Assembly (NCBI GenBank): GCA_039621445.1
Contig: CP154954.1
Span: 8,558,634 to 8,622,633 of the forward strand
Source of the DNA: Euglena gracilis
Lineage: Eukaryota
Length of the DNA stretch: 64,000 bases
Direction of reading: 5' to 3'
Shown here: positions 1 to 61,872 of the stretch, piece by piece
Position numbering within the stretch: the first letter of the stretch is position 1
Layout: each line of letters starts with the position of its first letter
Position numbers and translations under genes: made by a program
The notes under the pieces: model-generated
The model's input: only the letters and a program-made list of their open reading frames with translations
What the model was told of the DNA's origin: nothing
Databases searched by the model: none

Positions 1-27292
<27,292 letters not shown>

Positions 27293-29335
27293 CCCGACCT
27301 GATAACCTGGCCTCCCACATAGTTGACCCCCTCCCCTCCCCCCCCCCACTTCGTTGTACGCTGCCTTCACACAACAGCTTGACACAATTTTTTCCCTTTT
27401 CTTTCATTGACAGGTTTTTGACCGGGGAGAAGAAGTGCAGATTTGTCAAAGACCTGTGCTTGGTTGGATTTTTGGCTGTCCAAATATTGGTGTTCCCAAA
27501 AAAATTCTCAAAAACTGGAACTCTCAAACGTTTGGTGACAAAAAAACAATATTCAAAAAGGGTAAATACATTGAGGTCAGAAAGTCTTCACTCCTAAAAG
27601 TTTGTGAACTTTTGTTCCCGCCCACCATCTTGGACCCCGGTCTCATTCAAAGGCCTAGAGTACAGTAGAGGAGGATGCTGGATGCCTGGTGAGTGCCACC
27701 GCACCCAAAGATTGCAAGAAATAATGCAAATTACATTTTCCACATTCTGGAATCAATTGTTAAAAAATTACTTTTGCACAGTTTGAGCCAGTTTTTTCCT
27801 CCAAAAATATCCCCCCCACAATTCTGCTGGGATGGGGGGTGGGGGAGGAACAATTACGCTGCTTTCATTGGTCTTCGAGAAAAAGATTTGAATTTTGTTA
27901 ATGTCAATTTTCCACCATTAACACCTTCGTATGGGCCAAGGAGGACCTTGCACACGGCGTATGCATGCATACAGGCAATGGGGGTTGCTCTGTTTGCCAG
28001 GGAATTGCAAGCCATCGGGAATTCCACGGGTTATTTGCAGGCACCACGCAGCCCCACAGCACGTGCTACATTTTTTTTGAGAAACCATTCATGGCGTTCT
28101 TGAGGGTTCATCCATTCCCCCCCCCCATGGCAAAGGCGGGACCGGCATGGTGCCAAAAGTGACAGTGGAAGGTCTGCCCTGCCCCACCAAAGCAGCTGTG
28201 TGGCTGCCATCTTCCTTCCCGTTCCTGCTCCCGACCCCCATTTCCAAACACATTGCCTTCCAGCGTTCTGGGTACCAGAGCCTGAGCTGTGGGGAGAGGG
28301 CACTGTGAGTGAACCCGCGGATGGTTTTCAGTGGCCCACCCCAAGCCTTTCTGCCTTGGGAACGAAGGGCCGCAGGATATTCGGCCGGGAGTATTGTTGC
28401 CTTAAATATGTTTGGCCAATTTTGGGTGAAGCAATTTCAGGCAGGGGCTTCACTGCACTGCTTTTCAGGCAGATGGGGGTTGTTGCCTGTTTCTGGGGGG
28501 GGACTCTCCCATTTCTCGGTGGATGCTCACACACCCCCAATCGAGAACTATTTGTGCCTTCCCACAAATCTTAGCCCCCATGGGGTTTCTATTATTTTTC
28601 ACGTTGCTGCATCGATGTATGCACTTCCATGGAGGTTGCATTTGAGCTCTTGGCACTGTATCGTTGGGATAAGGCGCATTCCTTACTCTAGGCAGACTTT
28701 GGGCAGAAGCAGATGGACTGGGGAAAATAACTTGGGTGGGTTTGTTGGGGGTTCCGAGTGCACTCCCGTGGCCTCATTCCTTTCCAACGAATAGAATCTC
28801 TCCTTGGTTTTCGATCATTGGCTCAAACAGAAGCCCCTCTCCCCTTTTTTTTGTCCATACTGCAGACATACATACACAAGTGACTATGAATATGGAAGCC
28901 TCCCCCCCCCTCCATTTCAGACCATGATCCTCTGAGAGGAAGCAGGTGCAGGAGATGCAAACAAGACGCCCAGGAGAGAGTTAGCAAGATGATGGACGTG
29001 CATTGGCCTCTCCACGTGTGCCTTCAACTGCCCATTTCATCAATTCATAGCTCGGAAGGAGTCCCACCCATCCACGTTGCTGGTCGTTGTTTTATGCCTC
29101 TCTCTCTCTCTTCTGAATCGGTGTTGCTGGGGGAACTCCTTGGGGGGAACTCCTTGCCGACCCGAGAGTGTGTGCTTGTGGGGGAAGTGTGTTGTCAGTC
29201 GGTGTGGGCGCGTGTGTTGTCAGTCTGTGTTGCGGTTTTCGCCCCAGGCTGGCAGGTGGGGCATCGTCAGGGGTGCCGTCCCTGCCAACCCTCGTCCCCG
29301 CCCGCTCTTGTCTGTGTGGTGCAGATCGTTACACA

Positions 29336-29337
<2 letters not shown>

Positions 29338-29428
<91 letters not shown>

Positions 29429-29494
29429 GCTATTCTCTCTCTCGCTCTCTCTCTATCTCTCTCTCTCTCTTACTCTCTCTCTCTCTATCTCTCT

Positions 29495-29535
<41 letters not shown>
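29338..29535. repeat. (CT)n(GT)n microsatellite
   Basis: Direct inspection. Confidence 0.95.
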
Positions 29536-29536
<1 letters not shown>

Positions 29537-31675
29537 ATGCACCGTTTGCCTGTTTTGGATCTGGTCCCTGGGTCCTCTCAATTGTTCACTACACCACAAG
29601 TGGGTATTTTAACCACACGTGTCAGCCAAATCGTCACACTCCGCCAGAGGAAGTGGAAGAAAATGACAAAGATATTAAAATGGCATTTTAAAGTTCAAGT
29701 TATGGTGTGATTGGATATTCTGGACACCGCCAGTCTGCGTAATGCACTGCAATGGACAGTGCCAATCTGCGTAACACGCAACGGTTGTGTTTTTGACACA
29801 ACCAAAGAATGTGCATTTCAAGCAGTCCAAAAGTGGATTGTGGCTGACCTGAATGGGCACTCCTCTGTGTGACTCAGGGGACGCTTTTTTCTCCTTCAAA
29901 GAAAGTACCTTGTTGGCGTGTCCAGCGATTGGATGTTCGCCCACCCCTCCATTTGGGGCCCTGCTCCGTTCACGTGGCCCTGATCACTGATGCCCATCGA
30001 CATCACGCAGTCCCTGCCCCTCTCCCCCTGCCTCCACTAGTGAAGAGACTTCGACCACTCACTCTATGCAGTGTTCTCTGCCTCCGTCGTCCAATTGTGC
30101 CTCCGCTGTATAAGCTTGCGTACAGACAACCGCTCCACTTCTCTTTCGTCGTTCTGGTGTGGAACCTCGATTTTTTTTTGGGTCATGGACGACTCCAGGG
30201 GTCAGGTTTTTTTTATTCAGTGTGGCTGATTGAGTCCCCCCCCCCCCCGGGAGGCAAAGCGTGCCAAAGACCAAAGGTGCCCGATACAATTTTGGCCATT
30301 TTTCTTCACCCCTGTGTTCAAGTTTTCAAGTTTGTTGGGTCCCAAAGTGGCGATCCTCCCGGTGCTTCCTAGGATTGGGAACACATTGGAAGTGTGTAAT
30401 TGTACCACAATTCCAGTGGCATGCATTTGGTTCATACATGTGCGCGTCCCCAAAAGAAATTGCTAATTTTTTTTAACTGCGCAATCCCCTTCTGGAATTC
30501 TCCAGCCGGCCACTCAATGGTCAACAACCCATTGGGCGATGCACACCCAAAGCTCGAAAGCTCGTGGTTTCAACGCGGTCACCCGCCGTTCAGGCACCAT
30601 TCTGGGTGCTGCTGCCCAATTGGCCACCAGTCCGCCTCAGTGGGCTATTTTCCAACAGTACCGCTGGTTCATAAACGTCTGCATTGGGTCAGCCAACAAC
30701 CAATGGGGCATCGATGTCCGTTTCCAGCCCCAAATCTGAGGCGGGGGGGGGGGGGCACGCAAGCCACCCAAACGTTTTTTTTGGCAAGCCAACGGCGCCC
30801 TCTCAGCCCACCTGCCTTCCGCAACGCCCGGCCACCTTTTTACACCCTTCACCATCCAAAAGTCCCCTGGAATGATTCCCACCCGGGAGGAACGAGAGAA
30901 AAGGTCTGCAATAATCCGAGCTATCCGGAGGAGGGGACATGGTATTTGGTATCTTCAAGTGCGCATCCGATACCAATATTTTTTTTGAAACTCGGATTTC
31001 CTTTCCCCGAAAATTATTTCTTCCCCATGTCTCGTCAGCTCATCGCAGTGTGGGCGACAGACCGTGGGCCGCGGCGTCCCACCGGCTCGCTTGGGCCTGA
31101 AGTTGGGGACAGGCTGTGGCTGTGAACCTCCAGAACTCCGGCACACGAAATCTTTCAGCTTTTTGGATGGTGGTCTTTTGGATGAGGCCAGGTGTTTTTT
31201 TTTCCTCTTCTGAGCTTTTAGTGTGGGGTGGTCTCATTTCGCAGGATTATTTTGCAGTCTTTTTTTCATTTCCCCCTTTCTTGTTTTTCATTTTCATTTT
31301 TTTCTCGACTTTGTCCCCCAGTTAATTGCCTTTATTTGCTCTTTTGTGGTCCTTGTCCCCCCCCCCGGATTTGCGCCCGGACAATATGGTTTTTAAAAAT
31401 ATGGGTTTTAATCATTTTTTTCCAGCTGATGTTGCCCCCCCCCCCCCAAGCCCTCCCCCTCGTCGGTGGGTGTTTGGCCCCCTTTTTGGGAAGTTTGGGC
31501 TTATACAATAGGATCTGGGTCAAATTTTTGGCAAGTTCTTTTTTCAGCATGTAGGACGCAGGATATGCCTGTCACTGGCGGTCGATGGGTGGAGGGGGTG
31601 CCCAAACTTCACTGTTTGAACGCCACAAAATGGCAAAAGCGCTTCCACCGAACCGTCCCGTCTGTATCCGCCGGA

Positions 31676-52440
<20,765 letters not shown>

Positions 52441-53366
52441 CCGGCCTGCCCACCTCACTCAGCCGGGGATTAAGGTCCGGACGGTAGAACCCCGCCGTGC
52501 CTCGCTCAACAATGTGCTCCTTCCCGCCCTCGTATCACCCTCCCCTGGGTGGCTGGTGCACTTTGGCATCTCCCCCTATCTATCAACTGCTCTCTCTATG
52601 TGTTTTAAATACTGACTGCACACTCACAATGGCCTGACCCTATATTGCTGACGATCACATTCATCCTCAGGGTGTTCTCAGCGGCACGTTGCATTCTCTC
52701 CTCAAAGAAACAGGCCCCTCTTTTCCTTATTCTGTTTTTTTTCCACCACCCGCCCGAGTGTCCACCACAGCACTTCACAGAGCCACACTTTTTTTCATAC
52801 GGACCTCCTGTCCACCCCACCCCTGGCCTAGGAAACTGTCCTTGCTGGGTAACTGTCCTCCACCCTCTGTACCCACTAAGCTGTCCTCACAAGCACCTGT
52901 CTCCTGCCCTTGAACTCGCTGACCCAATTCAAGTGGTTCCCACCCCAAAAAGGATGGATACTGATATTGGGTTTGAGGGGGGTCCCCAAAAAACCCGATA
53001 TGTTGCCCACCCCAATATCCCAAGGACAGGTCAGTGGGTACAGAGGGTAGAGGACAGTTTTCCAGGTGGTCTGGACCACAGGACAAAACTTTTCGTTTTC
53101 GACCCCTAGGGGGGGGAGTAAGGTCCATCAGCAATTGCTCTTGATTACCTGCCTGATTGATTGGTTGCAGTGTGGCAACTTGAGCCGCACGCAGGGGTGA
53201 ACTGCCCAGGGATTCTACCGCACAAGGTGTGGGCCATTGCTCAAGGAAGTCCAGACTCCTGCGAGGAGTCCCAGGACCCTTCCTGGGTTTGACTCTTGAC
53301 TCCACATTTTGCGCCGGGGAGACAAAAATTCTCATCCGCAAGGAGTGGCAAGGTGGGCACTTGTTA

Positions 53367-53781
53367 CCCCCCCCCTATGTCCAACGACCCCCCTATGTCC
53401 AATGACCCCCCCTGGTCAGAGGACACCTTTTCGGAGGTTTGACCAAATTTTTGGTCCCGGCGTGAAGCGCCGGGACGAAAAATTTTGCCCAAAAATTGGC
53501 CTAAAATTTGGCCAAAATGCCATTTTTGACACTTTTTGGACAAAAATTTGTCAAAATTGCCCAAAATTTTCGGCGCAAAGCGCCGGAAGGGAAAATTTGG
53601 GCATTTTTGGGTGGGTAGGGACCCGGGTACCCACCAACTTTCTTTTGACCCCATGTCCAACGACCCCCCCCCCCCCCCGGTCAGAGGACACCTTTTTGGT
53701 CACTACCCTATGTCCAACGACCACCCCCCCCCCCCCGGTCAGAGGACAGAGGTTACCGGTCATTGGACATAAGGGGGAGGG
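53367..53781. mobile_element. TA-flanked MITE, copy of 9605-10012
   Basis: Near-identical sequence with TA flanks; a decayed third copy lies at ~54200-54440. Confidence 0.85.
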
Positions 53782-54531
53782 TAACGTGTGGCATATCAGT
53801 TGCCTCATTATGTCACAGTAAATTGCATTCATAGAAAATTATAAAAAAAAAGGTTTTTTGGCCAACAATTTAAGTTGGGCAACCCATTCCCTGGTGCCCA
53901 ACTTCAGTCCATGTAGCACCCAGCAAAACAAAAAAAAAATCTGCTGCTATCCATCCGCCCTTTGCCCATTGGGCAGGAATTAAAGTTCGTTGATGGGGCG
54001 CTGCTGGTTGAAAAAGAAGGCTACCGGCAGGCAGGAATCCCGTCAGGATTTTCTCTTGATTGAACTTTCTTGAAAATTTTAATATTTTTTTGTTTCAAAA
54101 AATTCAATTTCCAGGGTTAAAAAAAATACTTTTTTCCAGGCATCTGGTTACAAACTTGTAAAAAAAAAATCGTTTTCTGGTTTTTTTTTGTCACTAGCTT
54201 TGCACCCAAAAATAGCAAAAAATTTTGGGCAAGAGATTGTCAGAATTTCCCAAATTTTTTGGCGCAAAGTACCAGAAGGAAAATTTGACCTTTTGGGGGG
54301 GGTCCCAGGGGTCCTCCAACTTTTTTTTTTGACTCCTTGTCCAAAGACCACCGCCCCGTCGGAGGAAATCTTTTTGGCCACAACCCTATGTCCAACGACC
54401 ACCCCCACAGGTTACTGGTCATTGGACATGGGGAGGGGGGTGAAGTGCAAGCAGAATTCTCAAGCCAAACTGTCTTCCGTTCCACAGCTGTCGCCGTCGC
54501 CCCCGTCCCCTACTGCGTATCCCATCACACC

Positions 54532-56773
54532 ATGGGAAAGAGCACCAAGAGGGCCCGTAAGACCCACAGCCAAGGCCCAATGTGTGTGTTCGCACGCGCG
54601 TGTGCCTGCATGCCTGCGTTGCGTGCACACGCACATATGTTTGCATTGGGGCAGGTGGAGGTCAGCGCACCGATGTTTTTTGAACAGTCGAGGTTGACCC
54701 TCTGGGGGGTGACATCTGGCCTGACACCCCTCGGCGGGATGCACCTCCTTCCTCTCACTCCAGTTGATTGGTCTAAATGTTATGGTGTGCCTGTGTGTTG
54801 GCCCACGGCCATGTTGAGTGATTGGGTTCCAAGCACTGGGCCCTGCTGGAGGCTCCAAGAAGAAAGTTCCGAAGCAGCTTCGGGCCCGGAAGGTCGATAC
54901 GAGCGGCAACGTCCGGCGCCGCAAGGGTGACGTGAAGTCTATTCAGGCTTTGGACTGCATGGCTGCGCCTGAATCTGTCGTTTGATTTGTCCGTCATTCA
55001 CAACAGGGAACCCTGATTCCTGTGCCGATGGTCCCCCACCTCAACCAAATGTACGTGCCACTGGTAATTCGCACAAAACTTGTCCGGATAATAGCACCTT
55101 ATCAGTCGCTTATCACAGCAGAAGGGATTTCCGAACCACTCTCCCATACCCATTGTTTGTGTTTTTTTCTCCATTCAGTGCTTTGAACTGGATAGAATAA
55201 GGAGGTTTTTATGAAAACGAACGGGGCACAAAGAATGCGGACGGCAAAATCCCTTTCCTTTTCTAGGCTTTTTTGGCGAAAAATGAAACAAGAAAAATGC
55301 CTATGATGCCGATACGCATTTGAGACAGTTGTTTTCCATTTCAGAAGACGGTTTGTGAAAATTTAAATATTTTTCTCACCAGTCATAATTTAGCATCATA
55401 CGGTGAAAAATTCGGATTGCATAATCCCGCACAATCCTGCATAATTTTCAGACTCAAATTGACCCAAAGGTGCTTTCACTGGGGCCCTATTTTTATCGTC
55501 CCAAAATGATTTGATCAAATACGAATGAAATTGGTCCAAAAAATGAAACAAAATGGCCCAAAAAGACAACCAATCTAAAAAATGTCATGTGGGATTACTC
55601 AGAAAAAATCACCCCAAAATGACGAAACGGACCAGTTTTGGGCATTTTCAGAAGAGGGACCCCTGGTTTTACCAGTGGGACCCCAGGGGGCTACAAAGGT
55701 AAACCCTACCTGGGGAGTCCGTTTTTTTTGGCTTTTTTTGTTAAAGATTAGTATTTTGGACGGTCTAATTTGGGGGGGGGCACGATCCCAGGTTGAAGGA
55801 ACATGTGTTTGCGTTTGCCTCCCTTCCAGGACGGTGAAGTGTTGGGATAAGCACCCCACAAACAATAACCTGCCCAATGAATGCCTCCGAGGACCAACTT
55901 TGACTACCCAGATGGCATCACAGCGGGCCAAAGAAAACCAAGAAGAGAATTCACCAGGAAACATTGGGAAAATCACAAAAATCCATGAAATTTGCTGAGA
56001 ATAACAACCAAAAGCAGCATCCATTGTGCAAAAATAATCCTAAAATATCCAAGAGCCCCATATCAGCAGTGTTGCGGTTCCCTGATGTCCTGCCGGGAAA
56101 GGTGTCACCGCAAACCAAGTTGACATCCATTCAGTTCGGCTGCGGCGTTTTCCATGCGTGTCACAAACTGCAATGCCGTTTTGAAGGAGGACTGAAATAA
56201 ATTTGAAAGCATGGCAATGATTTCGTGTGGGCAAGAATATGCCGTGATAAGAGACAAGAGAGAAGACTTCAGTTTTTTTCGTCTTCGAATTTATGCTGGG
56301 TTATGCTGTAATTATGCAGGGTTGTGTGAGAAAATGTGGAGTAAAAGTGCACGAAGCAACTGTTGTTGGCATTGCTGCAAGATGGAGACTTGCAATTTGG
56401 TCGAACACAGGACCAAAATGCCAAAAACGTCCCAAGCTGACCCAGAATTCATGTTGGAGTGCCATCTGCAAACTCAGAAAAATTTGGTCAGGTACCAAAT
56501 GGAGATGAACTGTTGTGTGTGTGTGTGCACGCGCGCGCGTGTGTGTATGTGCGTGTGCATGTGTGTGCGTGTGTCCAGCCGCATCGTTTCCACATATGCC
56601 CGACAGTGTCCCACTGTGGGGTGGCGTTCCCCTGCCAATGCCTGCCCCATCTGGCGGGACTACACGGTGCGGGCCACGGTGATGGGCCAGCGAAAAGGCG
56701 GCAAGGTGCCCCCTTTTCTTTTAGACCTGTTAGTGAAAATCAAGACTTTATTTATGTATGTATCTATGTATTT

Positions 56774-56869
<96 letters not shown>

Positions 56870-57038
56870 TTTCAATTGTTTTTATTAATTTTTATTCATT
56901 CATTCATTCATTCATTCATTCATTCATTCATTCATTCATTCATTCATTCATTCATTCATTCATTCATTCATTTTCTTATTTTTTGTTTATTTATTTATTT
57001 ATTTATTTATTTATGTATTTATTTATGTTTCTCTGTAT

Positions 57039-57073
<35 letters not shown>

Positions 57074-59942
57074 TCTATTTATTTCAATTGGCAGCCTCTT
57101 ACTCCTCAGCCCACAATCCCAGTTGTATGCCGAGGCTACGTCTACCCAGCCTGCATCATTGAAGTGGGACTGACGAGTGCTTGTGGCCTATTTTCCCTCC
57201 AACTCTGTTGGTCCGCTGGGGAAATTGCAGCCGTTTCCACTGCACAGGGGCGAGCTTTGGATAACCTTGGGAAAAAGGATCACGGTCAGGGGTAGGAAAA
57301 GGGGTAGGGTTAGTATTTTTCTGCCGAAGTTAGGCCGCAATCCTGAGAATATGCCCAAAATTAGGCCCAACCTGCAGGCGGAATATTGCCAAATTTCGGC
57401 CGAGATTGAGGCCTTAATCCATGACCGTAACCCTATCCCCACCACAAACCCAGTTTTTTTTTGACCCTGTATCCGAAAAACCAGCGGGAAAAGCAGTGAG
57501 TTGGGTGGGTTTCCAGGACCCCTGAAATTGGGGTAATGGTGTGTCATACAACAGGGACCGGACCATTCCTCATACTGGAACCGTGGGCCCAGTAGTATGA
57601 GGCTGCCTTCATTTAAAAGAAGCCTCTTCTTCTTTGGCAAACGGTCAGCATTTATCTTCTGGTTTCTCGTGTCCCAGGCTGCAGATGATAATGCTTTGAG
57701 CTAAAACGGGGGGAAAAAAGCCCACCAGCAGTTCAACCCATTTGCCAAGAGGCGAAGGTTTCCAGTGCACGCGACCTGTCTTCCCTCCTTTTTTTCTTAA
57801 AAGGCACCGTCATACTTTGAATGCCGCAGTTGACATGAGCAAATGCACGTTCCAAAGCAGGGAGATTCAGGGAATTGTAAAGGGACCTCATGTCTCCTCC
57901 GTGGTGGCTGACCACAGCGTAATGGAAGTATTAATGGCATGCTGGGGGTGGTAATTGCGATGGATGGTCTGTGTGTCAATGAAGAACGTTGGCACAACCA
58001 AAGGCACTAATAACCCCCCCAAAAACCTGGCGGGGCCCTTGTTCCTGGCAGTGGCCGAATAAATTGGCGGGGGAGGGGGGGCAAAAAATGGTTCCAGTTA
58101 CTTGGCACCCCCTTTTTAAGGCAAAGTCCCTTTACGACACTGAAAACAGGGTCCAAATAACCTGGCTGGGGGGCAGGGCCAAAAGTTGGCTCCAATAACC
58201 TGGCCCCCCGCCACGTTATTTGGGGGGAGGTTGATTCTGTTCCCTCAGTTTCGGGTGTGAGCCACTGGCGCGTGCATTCCCCTTGGCGAGGCCCCCTGCT
58301 CCCCACAGGTCATCGCTGACACGCACAACCGGGTTTGCATGCTGCACAGTAAGTGCGACTGCATTGTGAGGACGGACATGACGCGGATGTCGAAGGTGTG
58401 TTCGACAGCCCCGTTTGCATTTTTTTTTTTGGACGGTGAATGAATCCATGTGAGGTATCCAATTCTTGCACGTCGCAAGAACAACCTTGGACCCAACCTC
58501 CCCAATTTATTTTTGAACAGCGTAATTCTGATTCTGATAATTTCTGGCGCTGTTTGTTGTCTCTCCCAATGCAGCCACAGGGTCCGCCCATATTCTGCGC
58601 CAAGCTGGTCTCATACAGCGTTGGCCCTCCCTATCAGAGGTTTTCTTAAGGACCCCCCCCCCCCCGGGAGTCCAGCCTCCGGCTTGGCAAAAAGGCTGCT
58701 GGCTGGAAATGAGCTGCTAGCTGGACCTCCCCCCCCCGGGGGTATGGGGGGGGGGGCTCCGGGGCTGGGCTGGGCTGGGTCGACGAAAAACAATTTTTTC
58801 TGACACATTTTTTCCATTCTCGACATTTTGCTGGATGGAGCTAGATCAAGGCTGGATCGGGACTGGAGGAACAGCCTAATTACTGAAAAAAAATGCAGGG
58901 ATAGGTGAGCTGGGCAGCCCATTTGGCTAACAAGCCGGCTGGCCCGGCCTTCGGCCGGCTAGCCTGGCCTCGGGCCAGGCTGGACCCAACTTTATTTCAC
59001 TCGACCCCCCCTGGGGGGGGCTCCCAGCCTGAATTTGGGCTGCTGGCTGGATTTGAGCTGCTGGCTGGCTGGACCCCCCCCCCCCCCCGGGGGATAGGGT
59101 CCCCTCCGGCTTAAGAAAACCCCTGCTCCCCATGCACCCACCAGCTGATGATCTCTTTACTCCCATAATCGTCCCCAGCACCGCAAATGTGCAAAACAGG
59201 GGGTATTCATATGAACCTAACGGGATATTATTTTGGGGGATGGGGAATTGTTGTTTCATCCTTTTTTTTTGATGTGGTTTTCTGGCCAGTTTCGTCGAGC
59301 TTCGAGGGTTCTTTCAGTTTGTCACCGACCCGGAAGTCATCACAGTTGTCGCCTTGGCCTATGTGAGCTTTTTTGTTGCCGGCCGGGAAAGGCGGTCCAA
59401 GGCGCCCTGATCTGACTCCCACCGGGGGGGGGGGGGGGGTTGGGCATATGGCCAAAAGTACCCGGGCACTCTGCCAAGACACTTTCACGTCCAAAAAGGT
59501 GCCGGAAACCCCCCAAAAGCCATTTTGGGCACCTTTTGGCCCATGATCAGGCAGGCCCGACCCCCTGGGAGGGGGGAGGTCGGCCTTGCCACAGAATTCA
59601 GCCTGGCAGGAACATTGTCATCCGCCACGTAAGCCAAGACCAGGCTCCCAAACATTTGATTCGCCAGCCAGCTCCCGGATAAAATGTCACCTGAACAAGC
59701 TTAGGTGGCAAATCCTCCAGTGGACCTTTCAGTTACCTCCCCCCCCCCCTTGTCCAGCGACCGGGTGAGTAGTTGGGGTATTAGCGCGAAGCCCCCCTCC
59801 CAACTTAACCCGGCAGGTTGGCAACATGGATGGGTCCCTCGACGAGCGCGACGAGGAGCGGGAGGTGCTGCGGATGCTGAAGCTGCGGGGGAAGAAGAAG
59901 CGGCCCCAGGGGAAGCCTACCAAGAACAAGAAGAAGCGCTGA
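54532..59942 (+). CDS. Small Lys/Arg-rich protein of unknown function (~131 aa); exons 54532-54567, 54851-54940, ~56649-56705, 58309-58395, 59817-59942
   Basis: MGKSTKRARKTH|GSKKKVPKQLRARKVDTSGNVRRRKGDVKS|IWRDYTVRATVMGQRKGGK|VIADTHNRVCMLHSKCDCIVRTDMTRMSK|VGNMDGSLDERDEEREVLRMLKLRGKKKRPQGKPTKNKKKR*; two stem-type and two GT-AG introns. Confidence 0.65.
56747..57085. repeat. (ATTT)n/(CATT)n microsatellite; similar tract at 7245-7390
   Basis: Direct inspection. Confidence 0.9.
58635..59125. mobile_element. hAT-like MITE (CCAGCCAGC family)
   Basis: TIR CAGAGGTTTTCTTAAG / CTTAAGAAAACCCCTG; TSD CTCCCTAT/CTCCCCAT (7 of 8). Confidence 0.85.
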
Positions 59943-61490
59943 CCGCCCTCCCCCCGTGCACTTGGCTGCCGAGCGAACTGGCGCATTATGCCTGACCTGC
60001 ACCGTTATTACAAATACCCCGCCATTTTTCTGCTGTGTTTGATGTGAGAATTTGGTCCTTTTCCCACGCATTCATGAAACTGTCGCGGCGCTGGTTGGTT
60101 TTTCGAGGATTGGGTCGGTGGTCCCTGTGCACATTGCGGAGCACTTCGTGCGACGGGACGCAAACTGTGCACACAGACACACACAGACACACGCACACAA
60201 CACACACACCCGATGTCATTTTTGGGTCCTGGCTGGGGTCGACTCAGGCCCCGGCGCAAGTTTCCTTTAAAATGACCATTTTCGGCCCCTCGGAGCCGAA
60301 GACACTGGGGTGGGGGGGACCAGAAACCCGACAGCCGCAAGGGGTCGAAAATGCCCCCCCCCCCTCTCCCCGCCTGCCCATAGTATTCCCCCAGCCGACC
60401 TTCCTGAAACAGAAGCCTCCATCGACCTGCCACCACACCTTCATCTTTTCCCCCTCCAGTGGTGGCAGTATTGTGGCGGTGGCGTTCCCTCCCTGGCGAC
60501 ACAGACGCAGGTGATTGTAAGACGTTGGGGAGGACGGTATGTCATGGGTCCTCAGAATGGAGTTGCAAAGAAATCGCTGGAGGCCCCCCCCCCCCTCCCC
60601 CCCCCCCCCCCCCCCCCCCTCCCCCCCCCTCTTCCCCCCCCCTCCCTCTCCGCCCCCCCCCCCCTCCCCCTACTCCCCCCACTCCCCTCCCTCCCCTGCC
60701 CCCCCCCCCCCCACAGAAGGTGTTTGTGAACTTTCTTTTCGCCGACACGACTCGATTGATCCTCTATTTCGCTAGAACGTGCTGAGAAATGTCACATACC
60801 AAATGTTGTGCACAATATCACAAACATAGCTTCATTTTTGCGTGTTCACTGGTGTTTCAGATGGTGTTTTTGGTCATTTGATTTAATGTGGCCTACATGG
60901 GTGGGCAATTGACGCCCCCGGGCAATTGACGCCCCCGGGCAATTGTCACCCCCCTCTGTGCCGGCCAAATTGTCACCCCGGGAAATTGTCACCCCCCTCC
61001 GTGCTGCCCGATTTGTCACGCGACAATTGCCCGGGGGGGGGGCGGGTATGGGCTGGACCCACCCGCCGCCAAAATTTTGCCCGCACCAGTTGCCTGGCAC
61101 ATGCCAGCAACGTAAATCGACTGAGGGCCCTGAGAAGCTCCTGACCACCACGGCGGGGGGGGGGGTTAACATGGACCCTCAAAAAACACGATGCAAATAA
61201 ACACAAAACAACCCAAAAAACATAACCAACCCAAATTTTTGGCAAAATTTAAAAACGGGGGAAATCACAAACAAACTCGTTTGTGTTCCTCCATGTCATA
61301 ACCCCCCCAGACTCCCATTCCTGATTGAGGTAGCCATTTCTAATCAGTGCAGATCGCGATGTGGAAAGAAGCACCGCCATCCAAAATTTTAAAAAACATT
61401 GGCCGAAAATATCTCAGCTTTCCCAAGCAGCCATCCCTCAAGAATGGGGGGGGGGTTGGGGTGTGTTGGGGTGTTTGTGGCGGTGTGTGC

Positions 61491-61589
<99 letters not shown>

Positions 61590-61817
61590 GGTGGGTGGGT
61601 GGGTGGGTGGGTGGGTGTGGGGAGATTTGCATGTGCGCGGGTGCGACCCTTGGGGATCACATTCGACCAGTTGCATGAAAGGGAACCTGTGGGGGGGGGG
61701 CAAGGCCGAAGGCTGAGTAAATATAAAAAAGACACCAAAAACTCTTTATTCACACACACAATTCACACACAATGCCAAATTTCTCAATCATGAGTGTGTG
61801 TGTGTGTGCGTGTCGTG

Positions 61818-61872
<55 letters not shown>

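Noticed and set aside
29600-29690. SET-domain-like GYFNHTCQPN motif
   Set aside because: Isolated short match with no other SET motifs in frame and no exon-like codon bias
31535-31548. Pyrimidine tract plus AG as a trans-splice acceptor (also 54470-54487)
   Set aside because: Plausible upstream of genes 2 and 3 but too common a motif to call without spliced-leader reads
57122-57163. Possible extra exon of gene 3 (VVCRGYVYPACIIE), giving a Tudor-like pattern
   Set aside because: The adjacent AG puts it out of phase with the donor at 56706; the direct GT-AG join to 58309 is in frame
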